DNA from: a virus
Taxonomy: Duplodnaviria > Caudoviricetes
Virus record (IMG/VR): IMGVR_UViG_3300033121_001133
Location: 32,001-96,000 of that record
Direction: 5' to 3' (one strand)
Length of the DNA: 64,000 bases
The position numbers and the translations under genes were made by a program. Within the stretch, counting starts at the first letter, position 1. The number at the start of each line of letters is the position of its first letter. The notes beneath the pieces were generated by a model. That model was given only the letters and a program-made list of their open reading frames with translations, was not told the DNA's origin and made no database searches. Positions 9,307 through 17,887 of the stretch are shown one piece after another.

Positions 9307-11143
9307 TTATCTGGCTAGGACCCTATTAGAACAATCTAGTTCAGGAATTGTGGTACTCCTTCCGGGAGGATTCAAGCCACCCCACGCCGGCCACCTAGAC
9401 TTAGTAAAGCGCTACCTGGCGAGACCAGAAGTCAGTCAGGTTAGGATTTTGGTTGGACCAAAGGAGAGGGATGGGATAACTCGTAAGCAAAGTTTGGCTA
9501 TATGGGCTATCCTACTGGCTGGTAACTCAAAGGTGGTAGTAGAATCTGTGCGGGAGGATAATCCTATGTTAGCTGCTTTCAAATACATTGAATCTGCTGA
9601 GCCCGGGACATACGCCCTTGGTTCTAGCGATAAAGGGGATGACTATACGCGCGTCAAGGCTTTCATAGCAAAGCATGCTCCCCGAGGCCCTTACGCTAGG
9701 GCTGGAATTCGTGTAGTCGAGCTGGCAGTATCTGTTAAACCTCTGCTATACAAGAATAGGAAGGACTCACTTTCTGGCAAGCCTATAAGCGCTTCGGTAT
9801 TGCGTGCAGATATTGCATCCAAGGACACTTCAAACATAGCAAGTAATTATCCAGGAGTACCAGCTGAATCTGTTAAGCAAATTACCAAGATACTTCTTAA
9901 TAGGTTGGATGAGGGAGGAGCTGCAGGTCATCTTGCACACCCATACGAGGATATGGATCTGACGTTCTCAGATGTAGAGAATATGATCACAGCTGCACTA
10001 GGTGGGGAAGTAGAGCTTGCGCAGGAGAAGCTGGACGGACAGAACTTAATGGTTTCTTACAGGAATGGTCAGATCGTTGCCGCGCGCAACAAAGGACACG
10101 TTAAGGATTTTGGTGCAAATGCACTCACTCTAACCGAGTTGGAGAGTTTGTTCGCAGGTCGAGGAGCAATTCAGGCAGCGTTTACTGAGGCGATGAGAGA
10201 TTTAGAGCAGGCTATTGGAAAGCTAACCACCTCCCAACGCAGTAAGTTCTTTGGTAATGGTAGAAGGTTCCTCAACTTAGAGGTACTATACCCAGACACT
10301 ACTAACGTAATTCCGTACGGAGCAACTCAACTAAGACTGCATAACATAAGAACCTACGACCAACAAGGTAATGTGGTTTCAGAGAGTCAGGATGAGGCTA
10401 AGATGTTGGATGGGGCGTTAAGACAGGTTCAGGCGGATAATCAGAAGACCTACCAGATAAAGGTTACCAATCCACTAACCATAAAGCGGTCTAAGGACTA
10501 TGAGAACCAGAAGAAGCAACTACTAGATCAGCTAGAGCAGCTTCGCTCCAAGTATCAGTTAACTGCTACCAGTACCCTAGGCGATTACTACACCCAGTGG
10601 TGGTCTGAGAGGATTGATCAACAGGCAGCACAACTAGGTTTTAAGTTGCCATCTAAGCTAAAGAAGGCATTGATTGCGAGGTGGGGATTTGACCGTAAGA
10701 CGGTTGATATTAACACCTTACGTAAGCTGGCTGGGTCAAATGGTGAATTTGTGCAGTGGATCAATAGCATTGAGCAGAGTGTGCGTGATTTACGCAAGCA
10801 AGCTGCTCGCCCTCTAGAAAGTGTGTTTTTGAAGCTAGGTGTGTACACGCTTCAAAATGCAGAGAATCTAATAGCGCTTAATCCTAATCAGAGTCTGAAG
10901 GCTATGAAGCAGCAGCTTAAGAGCACTATTCAAGATATCAAGCGCCTTGCTAGCCAAAGCGAAGATGGAAGTAAGCAGTCGTTGGAGTTTCTCAAGCGTG
11001 AATTAGCTCGATTGAAGGACTTGGGAGGGTTTAGTGCGATTGTTCCTAGTGAGGGATTGGTGTTTAAGTATGACGGCAAACTTTATAAGCTCACCGGATC
11101 TTTCGCACCAGTAAATCAAATTCTAGGTTACCTTAAGTTCTAA
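9290..11143 (+). CDS. Fusion of HIGH-motif nucleotidyltransferase and ATP-dependent RNA-ligase-like (KxDG) domain
   Basis: N-terminal PGGFKPPHAGH and ISASVLR. C-terminal EKLDG, AARNK, NLEV, SEGLVFK, LYKLTG. Late motif TACTTAT at 9276. Confidence 0.7.
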   Translation: MSLLSDYLARTLLEQSSSGIVVLLPGGFKPPHAGHLDLVKRYLARPEVSQVRILVGPKERDGITRKQSLAIWAILLAGNSKVVVESVREDNPMLAAFKYIESAEPGTYALGSSDKGDDYTRVKAFIAKHAPRGPYARAGIRVVELAVSVKPLLYKNRKDSLSGKPISASVLRADIASKDTSNIASNYPGVPAESVKQITKILLNRLDEGGAAGHLAHPYEDMDLTFSDVENMITAALGGEVELAQEKLDGQNLMVSYRNGQIVAARNKGHVKDFGANALTLTELESLFAGRGAIQAAFTEAMRDLEQAIGKLTTSQRSKFFGNGRRFLNLEVLYPDTTNVIPYGATQLRLHNIRTYDQQGNVVSESQDEAKMLDGALRQVQADNQKTYQIKVTNPLTIKRSKDYENQKKQLLDQLEQLRSKYQLTATSTLGDYYTQWWSERIDQQAAQLGFKLPSKLKKALIARWGFDRKTVDINTLRKLAGSNGEFVQWINSIEQSVRDLRKQAARPLESVFLKLGVYTLQNAENLIALNPNQSLKAMKQQLKSTIQDIKRLASQSEDGSKQSLEFLKRELARLKDLGGFSAIVPSEGLVFKYDGKLYKLTGSFAPVNQILGYLKF

Positions 11144-11264
11144 GGGCGATTTAGCCTGTTAGGTATAAGTAAGGACATCCGCAAAGTCTTAAACATATCC
11201 CACCCAACGCTACAGAAATATACGAGGTTACTGAACTAAGTTCTATTTATATCAAAGGCCCAAG

Positions 11265-12164
11265 ATGAAACTGAAGAAACTGCACCAAGAGAGCGTAACC
11301 TTTACCCAGGCTTTAAGGCGAGATTTATCTGCACCTTCTAGTGCAAAACAGAAAGCTTACATTGCAAAAATGCAAGCAGCTAGCGAAGGAAGCTATAGTG
11401 TTGGAGTTCCGGTCAAACTAAGGACTGGAGAAGTTGGTTTGATATCCTTTGTTAAGTCTAACACACTTGAGGTAGAAAAGGTGACAGGAGGAAAGGTAAC
11501 AGTATCCAAAGATCAGATTGAAAAGCTCATCAGCATGGGAGAGTATCTGAGGCTTAGAAGAACAACTCACGAGTCAATGAACCTATCTCAAACCATACGT
11601 AAAATCATTAGAGAAGAGCTGCAGGCCTCCCTCCAGAACAAGGCAAGTAAGGCTAAACCTACCTCTGAAGTGTTTGGGTTGGAGAAGCATGGCCGTGGAG
11701 ACGACCAGATGCTGAGGAAATATCAGAAGGATGCTGAAGCTCAAAGCAAAGCTGGACACGTAGTGCACGTCAATAAGACCGCTGCTGGGTTTGAGTTGTC
11801 TGATATGTACGATGCAGACAGCACCGTTGCTTCCTACGAAAATGGCAAGAAGCTAAACGAGCAGGGTGATGTAGAGAATCTGATGGAGAAGAAGGAGGCA
11901 ATTGCCACCTCTCCTCACACAAACGTTACTCTTCACTTTGATGAAGACTTCAAGCAGGTTGGAGAGAGTGGCGGTCCAGAATCTACTTTCACTATCAGCG
12001 TGTCTTCCACCGGTGGAAAGGAATTCTTCCGATCGGCTGGTGATAGTGAGGAGAGTGCTAAATTAGCACAAGGAGTGCGTCTCGAGTTACGCAGAGCTTT
12101 GAGGCGCTTCGATAAGCACATTGCATTGATTTTACAAAAGTACAAGTATCAATCTCGGTTGTAA
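11265..12164 (+). CDS. Hypothetical protein, probable internal head protein
   Basis: TATTTATA at 11244. Contains MKLKKLHQES, IRKIIREE and LNE motifs. Confidence 0.55.
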   Translation: MKLKKLHQESVTFTQALRRDLSAPSSAKQKAYIAKMQAASEGSYSVGVPVKLRTGEVGLISFVKSNTLEVEKVTGGKVTVSKDQIEKLISMGEYLRLRRTTHESMNLSQTIRKIIREELQASLQNKASKAKPTSEVFGLEKHGRGDDQMLRKYQKDAEAQSKAGHVVHVNKTAAGFELSDMYDADSTVASYENGKKLNEQGDVENLMEKKEAIATSPHTNVTLHFDEDFKQVGESGGPESTFTISVSSTGGKEFFRSAGDSEESAKLAQGVRLELRRALRRFDKHIALILQKYKYQSRL

Positions 12165-12691
12165 TGGGAGATCTGTTTCTCAGCATTGGAAGTTCAGCCC
12201 AAAGCCACAAGGAGGGCGATGTGTGGCAGGAGGGCAGCAAGACGTGGACTATTAAGAATGGGATCAAGCGAACAATCAGCAAATTAGCGAGTGTTCGAGA
12301 GGAACATCTAGTCCCGCTATGCTGTCCTAAGTGCAATGGGACAATGAAAGGCCCAGTTAATGAGATTATGTGGAAGGTGCACAAGTCGTGTATCAACTGC
12401 GTTGTGTTGTTTGAGCATGATCTAATCACCAACGGTCAGTGGGAGGCCTATCAGAGAGCTAAGGTAACTGCAAATGCAGAAGCTTTCTGCCTAGATATGG
12501 AAGGTGCTTTACAGGACTATCTTAGTGGAAGCATAGCTCGGTCTAGAGTAACCGAGGACGGGATTGTGGAGAGGTGGAGAGATCCCAACAAAGCCACACT
12601 ACAGCAAATTGCTGATAATGAGCTTAACCAGCTTCGTAATATGATAGACGAATACAAACAAGAACCCAGTGAAGATACTAAAGGGAGTTGA
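12164..12691 (+). CDS. Hypothetical Zn-binding protein
   Basis: CPKC...CINC. Start overlaps the upstream stop. Confidence 0.6.
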   Translation: MGDLFLSIGSSAQSHKEGDVWQEGSKTWTIKNGIKRTISKLASVREEHLVPLCCPKCNGTMKGPVNEIMWKVHKSCINCVVLFEHDLITNGQWEAYQRAKVTANAEAFCLDMEGALQDYLSGSIARSRVTEDGIVERWRDPNKATLQQIADNELNQLRNMIDEYKQEPSEDTKGS

Positions 12692-12695
12692 TCAC

Positions 12696-12731
12696 GTCCT
12701 GATCCCTATAGACTAGGGATAGGGCTTTTGT
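12696..12731 (+). terminator. Probable intrinsic terminator
   Basis: GTCCT-G-ATCCCTA/TAGGGAT-AGGGC stem followed by TTTTGT. Confidence 0.5.
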
Positions 12732-12756
12732 CTAACCAAAACCGAGTACATGGACG

Positions 12757-12993
12757 GTGATAGTAAAAGGGAGAACGATCAGACAGTGGATTCAAACCAC
12801 ACTACTGATGTCGGGGATGTTCTTCAACCCCCTCGGCTTCGATGCTCTATTCAAGCAGGTTATGGATTGGACCGGCTCCTACTGGACTACGGATGTAATT
12901 TTCTACTGCCTTTCAGCTGTGTGCTTTACATTGTACTACTTATTACAAAGGTCTAAACCTAATGAAACTATCAAAGCTGATTCCAATCCGTGA
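12757..12993 (+). CDS. Small two-helix membrane protein (holin candidate)
   Basis: Two hydrophobic segments in 78 aa. Function is unproven. Confidence 0.45.
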   Translation: MIVKGRTIRQWIQTTLLMSGMFFNPLGFDALFKQVMDWTGSYWTTDVIFYCLSAVCFTLYYLLQRSKPNETIKADSNP

Positions 12994-13633
12994 AGCGGAG
13001 GATGAGGCTAAGTCTAATCCAGATTTAGCTGCAATTCCCTTCTTTCGAGAATTCCACTCAAAACACGGATTTAAGCCGCTCTTCAAGTATATCGGCACCA
13101 AGGGTGGTGAGATGATTTTCATCGCTGATATCGAGGATTTAGGCGCGTTAAACCTGGTAATCAAGGATGCTCAGCTGATTGCGAAAGTTACTGAGAAGGA
13201 GGCCATGTTTGGTGCAGTTTGCACTACAACTGGATTAGACAAATATGACTATCCAATCTGCAAGATGAAGCTGAAGGATGGTCAGATTGAGCATATTTGC
13301 TACGATCCCAAGGATAAAAAGAACTTTGGAGCTGCGGCTACCAAGTTCATGTCTCTCACGGAGACCACAACTGCAGTATCTAGCCAACCAGGATCCTCAA
13401 TTAAGGAAGCCTCAAACAAGGGTCTCTACCCAGTAGATCCTGGGGCAATTGTCAATCTGAAGCGAGCAGTCGCTCAGTTCAACAACTACATAAAGAACAC
13501 CAAGGCCCCTCAACCTGAGTTGTTGGTTCAGTTGGTATTGAATTTGGTGGAGGCAGAGGTTGAGCAGGAGCATGAAGATAATGGTACTAACAAGCGAGGA
13601 GGTAATCCACCTACTCCTTGGGCTGATCTCTAA
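12962..13633 (+). CDS. Hypothetical protein, probable internal head protein
   Basis: MKLSKLIPIRE leader, with LTE and IKE sites. Confidence 0.55.
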   Translation: MKLSKLIPIREAEDEAKSNPDLAAIPFFREFHSKHGFKPLFKYIGTKGGEMIFIADIEDLGALNLVIKDAQLIAKVTEKEAMFGAVCTTTGLDKYDYPICKMKLKDGQIEHICYDPKDKKNFGAAATKFMSLTETTTAVSSQPGSSIKEASNKGLYPVDPGAIVNLKRAVAQFNNYIKNTKAPQPELLVQLVLNLVEAEVEQEHEDNGTNKRGGNPPTPWADL

Positions 13634-13647
13634 AACTGAAAAATAGC

Positions 13648-14433
13648 ATGGATAACAAGAGACAAAAGGCTAAGCAGGCCAAGGATCAGCTGGTGCGAGA
13701 GCTTATTAGAAAGGAGATTGCCAAAATAACTCAGCAGCTAGGCGAAGGATTCTCTCGCATGGATTATGTTCAACACACCACTAAGCTACCATCTTCAGCA
13801 CGCGATCAAATAAAGCAGTTCATTAGTCGTTTGGGTCTAAAAGCTCTAAGGGGATACATAACTCCATCCGGCCGATCGCTCGTTCTAGAGTATGATTCCC
13901 CGCATGTTAGTATGATGGATAGACCTAATAAGGCTGATCGCGAGCGCATCATGCAGATGATTGCTCACGATGTACCTAAGCTGAAAGGTGCAGGAATTGG
14001 ATTTGCACAGAGTGGGCTTAGAGTGGTTTGTACTATCAAGGATACAGGCATTCAGCCCGTCAGTGAGGCATCCACCGACAGGCAGGGATCCATAACGGCA
14101 TCTACACCAAAGCAAGCTGCCAAGTCTGAACCAAGCTCAGCACCCAAGGTATCTGCTCCACCAGCAAAACCGCAACCAAAGGCTGCTCCTAAGCAGCAGC
14201 CTGAAAAGCCTGAGAACAAACCTCAACCTGATCAGCAAGAAAAGCCACAAGACACAGATGCTGAGTTGGCATCGATGACGGCCGGCTTTATTCAGAAGAT
14301 CAAGCATAGTGTGGGAAGTCCTACGCCAGAGAGTCTGACAACTATGATAACCTCACTAATCCAGGCTTGGGGACTTACCAGTGAAGATAAACTTGCAATA
14401 CTAAAAACAGTTCGCAACACCACTGTGCGATAA
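13648..14433 (+). CDS. Hypothetical protein with Pro/Lys/Gln linker, probable internal head protein
   Basis: LVRELIRKEI..LGE leader and a low-complexity linker. Confidence 0.55.
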   Translation: MDNKRQKAKQAKDQLVRELIRKEIAKITQQLGEGFSRMDYVQHTTKLPSSARDQIKQFISRLGLKALRGYITPSGRSLVLEYDSPHVSMMDRPNKADRERIMQMIAHDVPKLKGAGIGFAQSGLRVVCTIKDTGIQPVSEASTDRQGSITASTPKQAAKSEPSSAPKVSAPPAKPQPKAAPKQQPEKPENKPQPDQQEKPQDTDAELASMTAGFIQKIKHSVGSPTPESLTTMITSLIQAWGLTSEDKLAILKTVRNTTVR

Positions 14434-14438
14434 GCTCT

Positions 14439-14801
14439 ATGGAAAAGGGCAAGGTTGATATTGTTACGTTGGTTCTTGTCTGCTTGGTTATTCTGCTAGG
14501 CGGTTACATTATTAGCTCTAGAAGTCATGTTGACTACAATCAATCCAACCACAGACTGGACAGCTTGAACCAAGTAATGTCTAGACTGCAGCGTGAGCAG
14601 CTAGAAAGCGATAGCATACTACGTATGTATGAGATGCGATATCAAGCTATTGAGCTAGAAAAGCAATCTCTAAGTAAAGAACTCGAAGCTACACGACAAT
14701 TCTATGGTAAAGCTATTAGGGATATTGGTAAGCTGTCTACTGCTCAACTTGACAGCTTTTTCACAGACCGGTACGATCGTACTAGATTACAGCACCGCTA
14801 A
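14439..14801 (+). CDS. Membrane-anchored coiled-coil protein (i-spanin-like)
   Basis: N-terminal TM helix followed by a coiled coil. Overlaps the next gene by 98 nt. Confidence 0.55.
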   Translation: MEKGKVDIVTLVLVCLVILLGGYIISSRSHVDYNQSNHRLDSLNQVMSRLQREQLESDSILRMYEMRYQAIELEKQSLSKELEATRQFYGKAIRDIGKLSTAQLDSFFTDRYDRTRLQHR

Positions 14802-15105
14802 ACAGGTCGCAGAAGATTTGCTTAGAGGAGATTCTGCTGCAGCGGAATTGAAAGTTGCTAACAGGACTTTAACGGTACTAGAGACTCAACTAGCCGTTCG
14901 TAATAGTGAGATGGCTGAGATGAGGCGTAAGCAGGACAACTATCTCACTCAATTAGGCACTCTAAACGAAAAGGAGTCAATCTACCTTGGGCTGAATGAT
15001 CAGCTAACAAAGGACAATCGAAGATTGAAGGTTGAGGTCAAGATACTAGGAGCAACGGCTTCAGTTAGCATGGTAATCGCAACTGTTGCATTATTACTAC
15101 GCTAA
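14704..15105 (+). CDS. Exported coiled-coil protein with C-terminal hydrophobic tail (spanin-like)
   Basis: Signal peptide (TAFS|Q, or an LVSC lipobox), coiled coil and C-terminal TM. Confidence 0.5.
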   Translation: MVKLLGILVSCLLLNLTAFSQTGTIVLDYSTAKQVAEDLLRGDSAAAELKVANRTLTVLETQLAVRNSEMAEMRRKQDNYLTQLGTLNEKESIYLGLNDQLTKDNRRLKVEVKILGATASVSMVIATVALLLR

Positions 15106-15106
15106 C

Positions 15107-15952
15107 ATGAGCAATCCCAGCCTCAAGGAGCTAATCAAAAAGGAGTACGTTAAATGTGCTACGTCTCCTGCGTACTTCATGAAGAAGTATTGTATGATTC
15201 AGCATCCAACTAAAGGGAAGATCCCATTCCACCTCTATCAATTCCAGGAGGACACTCTACAAGATTTTACTGAGCATGATAGACTAGTGATTCTGAAGTC
15301 TAGACAGCTAGGAATCTCCACGCTGATCGCTGGATACGCTTTATGGTTGATTTTGTTCCACAGCGATAAGAACTGCCTGGTTGTAGCTATCGATCAAGCA
15401 ACCTCAAAGAACCTAGTAACTAAGGTTCGAGTAATGTATGATTGTCTGCCTAGCTGGCTGCGAATCAAGTTTGTTGAAAGGAACAAGCTATCAATGAGGC
15501 TGTCAAACGGATCACAAATCAAGGCAGTTGCTAGCACAGGTACCTCAGGTCGATCAGAAGCGCTATCTCTAGTAATCATCGATGAAGCAGCGTTCGTAGA
15601 AGGAGCGGAAGATTTGTGGGCATCATTGCAGCAGACTCTATCTACTGGGGGTCAAGGTATTATCCTATCAACTCCTAACGGTACCGGTAACTTCTTCCAC
15701 AAGATGTGGATTAAGGCAGAGAACAATGAGTTCAGTGTGCCTTACAAAGCAATTAGACTACCGTGGACCGTTCACCCAGAACGCGATGCTGCATGGAGAA
15801 TGAGACAGGATCAAGAGCTTGGTCCTCGACTTGCCGCTCAGGAGTGTGACTGCCTCTGGGGTCAGAGCACCATTATCGTACAGGATGAGGACGGAAGAGA
15901 GTTTGAAATCTCTCTAGAAGATCTATACGATCATTTACAAGAGGGCGACTAG
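15107..15952 (+). CDS. terL: Terminase large subunit N-terminal (ATPase) half + split intein N-fragment
   Basis: KSRQLGIST Walker A, IIDEAAF Walker B and STPNG. Ends AQECD|CLWGQSTII...LEDLY. Confidence 0.92.
   Translation: MSNPSLKELIKKEYVKCATSPAYFMKKYCMIQHPTKGKIPFHLYQFQEDTLQDFTEHDRLVILKSRQLGISTLIAGYALWLILFHSDKNCLVVAIDQATSKNLVTKVRVMYDCLPSWLRIKFVERNKLSMRLSNGSQIKAVASTGTSGRSEALSLVIIDEAAFVEGAEDLWASLQQTLSTGGQGIILSTPNGTGNFFHKMWIKAENNEFSVPYKAIRLPWTVHPERDAAWRMRQDQELGPRLAAQECDCLWGQSTIIVQDEDGREFEISLEDLYDHLQEGD
15851..15949 (+). mobile_element. Split intein N-fragment (33 aa)
   Basis: Cys1 block A CLWGQSTIIV, then a stop codon after 33 aa. Confidence 0.85.
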
Positions 15953-15969
15953 TTATAATAAACGCACTC

Positions 15970-16713
15970 ATGTATCCAACTACCTCCAGTATGAGGACCA
16001 AGCAAACTTGGGATAAGGCCAAATCAGGCCTGCGTGAGTTGGAAACTTACACGCTAGCGGACACCATCAAGATGCTTAACCGGGATGATTTACACCTTAA
16101 GCTGCGAGGGAAGGCTAAGAATAGGACACTACTCAAGACCAATCCGATATTGTATAAATCCATACTTGAACACACAAGTCAGTTGGAAAGCTTGTTTCGT
16201 ACACAAGGCGCTTACAGATCAAACTACAATCTATCGCATAGGATCAGATTCCTAGTGGAGCGAAACTGCAATATAGACTCTTTAGTCTGTAAGTGTGGTA
16301 GAAAGTATACCTGGACATCGTATTGCAGACATTGCCCCGACTACAAGCGAAATCAGTTAGGTAAACCTCACACCGAGGAGACTAAGAAGAAGATGAGGAT
16401 ATCTACCCTGCGGTATCTGGCTGGTTTGAAGGGGCAGGTGATTCCACGGTATAATAAAAACAGTATCGCCCTCATAGAGGCGTATGGCCAAAAGCACGGC
16501 TATGTTTTTATGCACGCAGAAAATGGAGGTGAGTATTTTGTCAGGGAGTTGGGGTATTTTTTGGATGGCTATGATCCTATTCACAATGTAGCCATTGAGG
16601 TAGATGAAAGAAGTCACTTCCATAAGGGTGTGCTTTGTGATAGAGACATTCAAAGGCAGAAGCAGATAGAGGCCTTATTAGGATGCACTTTTGTAAGATT
16701 GAAGTATGATTGA
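15970..16713 (+). CDS. Free-standing homing endonuclease (NUMOD3 + Vsr-like/PD-(D/E)xK domain)
   Basis: CKC..CRHC, NUMOD3-like GKPHTEETKKKMR and nuclease core YFLDGYD..NVAIEVDERSH. Lies between the two intein halves. Confidence 0.78.
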   Translation: MYPTTSSMRTKQTWDKAKSGLRELETYTLADTIKMLNRDDLHLKLRGKAKNRTLLKTNPILYKSILEHTSQLESLFRTQGAYRSNYNLSHRIRFLVERNCNIDSLVCKCGRKYTWTSYCRHCPDYKRNQLGKPHTEETKKKMRISTLRYLAGLKGQVIPRYNKNSIALIEAYGQKHGYVFMHAENGGEYFVRELGYFLDGYDPIHNVAIEVDERSHFHKGVLCDRDIQRQKQIEALLGCTFVRLKYD

Positions 16714-17029
16714 GTATCGTAAAAATACCAAGTACTTGGTAAAGACCCCAACAGGCTTCAAGAGCTTTACTGGAGTGAGGCGCACCACTAAGTCCTCTGT
16801 CTTGGAGATACTATTCAAGGACAACACAAAACTTCAATGCTCCCTAGATCACAGGTTTATTATTGGAGGAGAGGAAATCTTAGCGAAAGACCTAACAGTG
16901 GGAAATCAGCTAACCTCGGACAAAACCATCATAGCTATAACAGAGCTAGACAATTCTAGGTTTCTGTATGACTTGGTGGGTGTAGACGATGGTAGTTTGT
17001 ACATAGCAGATGGTATTGTATCACACAAC
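16706..17029 (+). mobile_element. Split intein C-fragment (108 aa)
   Basis: TPTGF, block B CSLDH, block F LYDLVGV, block G IVSHN followed by Cys+1. Confidence 0.87.
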
Positions 17030-17863
17030 TGTGACTTCTCCACCTCTGGTAACACAGTAGTTTCTCCAACTATTATAACCGAGTACGTAAACAAGTATCA
17101 AAGGGACCCTATTGAGAAGACCGGCTTCGATTCCAATCTATGGATCTGGGAACATCCCGACTACAGCAGAGATTACATCGTGTCTGCAGACGTGGCGCGT
17201 GGAGATGGCACTGACTATTCTGCATTTCACGTGATTGATGTGGAGACAGCGCGGCAGGTTGCCTCATATAGAGGACAGTTAACTACCAAGGATTTTGGCA
17301 ACATGCTAGTTGCAATAGCAACTCAGTATAATGACGCACTGCTTTCGATTGAAAACGCTAATGTAGGTTGGGCAGTACTTCAACAGGCGATTGATCGAGG
17401 CTATCGTAATCTGTATTACACTCAAAGGGACGATGCTCTTGATGCAGATCGATACCTTCTTAGAGGCAGCGACTTGACCAGTAAGTCTAATATGGTGGCT
17501 GGATTCACCATGTCTCATAAAGTTAGGCCTCTGGTGATTAGTAGGCTAGAGCTATACATGAGAGAGTTCAGTTGTGAAATTAGGGACAAGAGGCTCTTAG
17601 ATGAGCTATACACTTTTGTCTATCACAACGGACGTCCTGAAGCAGCACAGGGATACAATGACGATATGGTTATGAGTTTTGGTCAGGGGTTGTGGGTAAG
17701 AGACACAGCAATCAAGCTCCGTCAAGCGGGAATGGAGCTTAATAGGTTGGCAATTTCAAACATTCGCTCTAGTACTGGAGTCTATAAGGCAGCTACTCCA
17801 AACAATCCATGGGAAATGCACACTCCCAGCGGTCAAAGGGAGGATCTTAATTGGTTGCTCTGA
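16706..17863 (+). CDS. terL: Split intein C-fragment + terminase large subunit nuclease half
   Basis: Intein ends SHN|C. Then CDFSTSG, ADVARGDGTDYS, IENAN and NDDMVM nuclease motifs. Confidence 0.92.
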   Translation: MIEYRKNTKYLVKTPTGFKSFTGVRRTTKSSVLEILFKDNTKLQCSLDHRFIIGGEEILAKDLTVGNQLTSDKTIIAITELDNSRFLYDLVGVDDGSLYIADGIVSHNCDFSTSGNTVVSPTIITEYVNKYQRDPIEKTGFDSNLWIWEHPDYSRDYIVSADVARGDGTDYSAFHVIDVETARQVASYRGQLTTKDFGNMLVAIATQYNDALLSIENANVGWAVLQQAIDRGYRNLYYTQRDDALDADRYLLRGSDLTSKSNMVAGFTMSHKVRPLVISRLELYMREFSCEIRDKRLLDELYTFVYHNGRPEAAQGYNDDMVMSFGQGLWVRDTAIKLRQAGMELNRLAISNIRSSTGVYKAATPNNPWEMHTPSGQREDLNWLL

Positions 17864-17887
17864 CTATCTATAACAAATAGAGTTTGA

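Noticed and set aside
12750-12956. Alternative-frame 68 aa ORF
   Set aside because: It overlaps the more protein-like membrane ORF at 12757-12993, and only one is likely real.
12164-15105. Small terminase subunit upstream of terL
   Set aside because: No ORF here has recognisable TerS features. The adjacent genes are membrane proteins.
15953-16713. Group I intron in terL
   Set aside because: There is almost no non-coding space (17 nt upstream, overlap downstream) for a ribozyme core, and the flanks are intein halves with their own stop and start.
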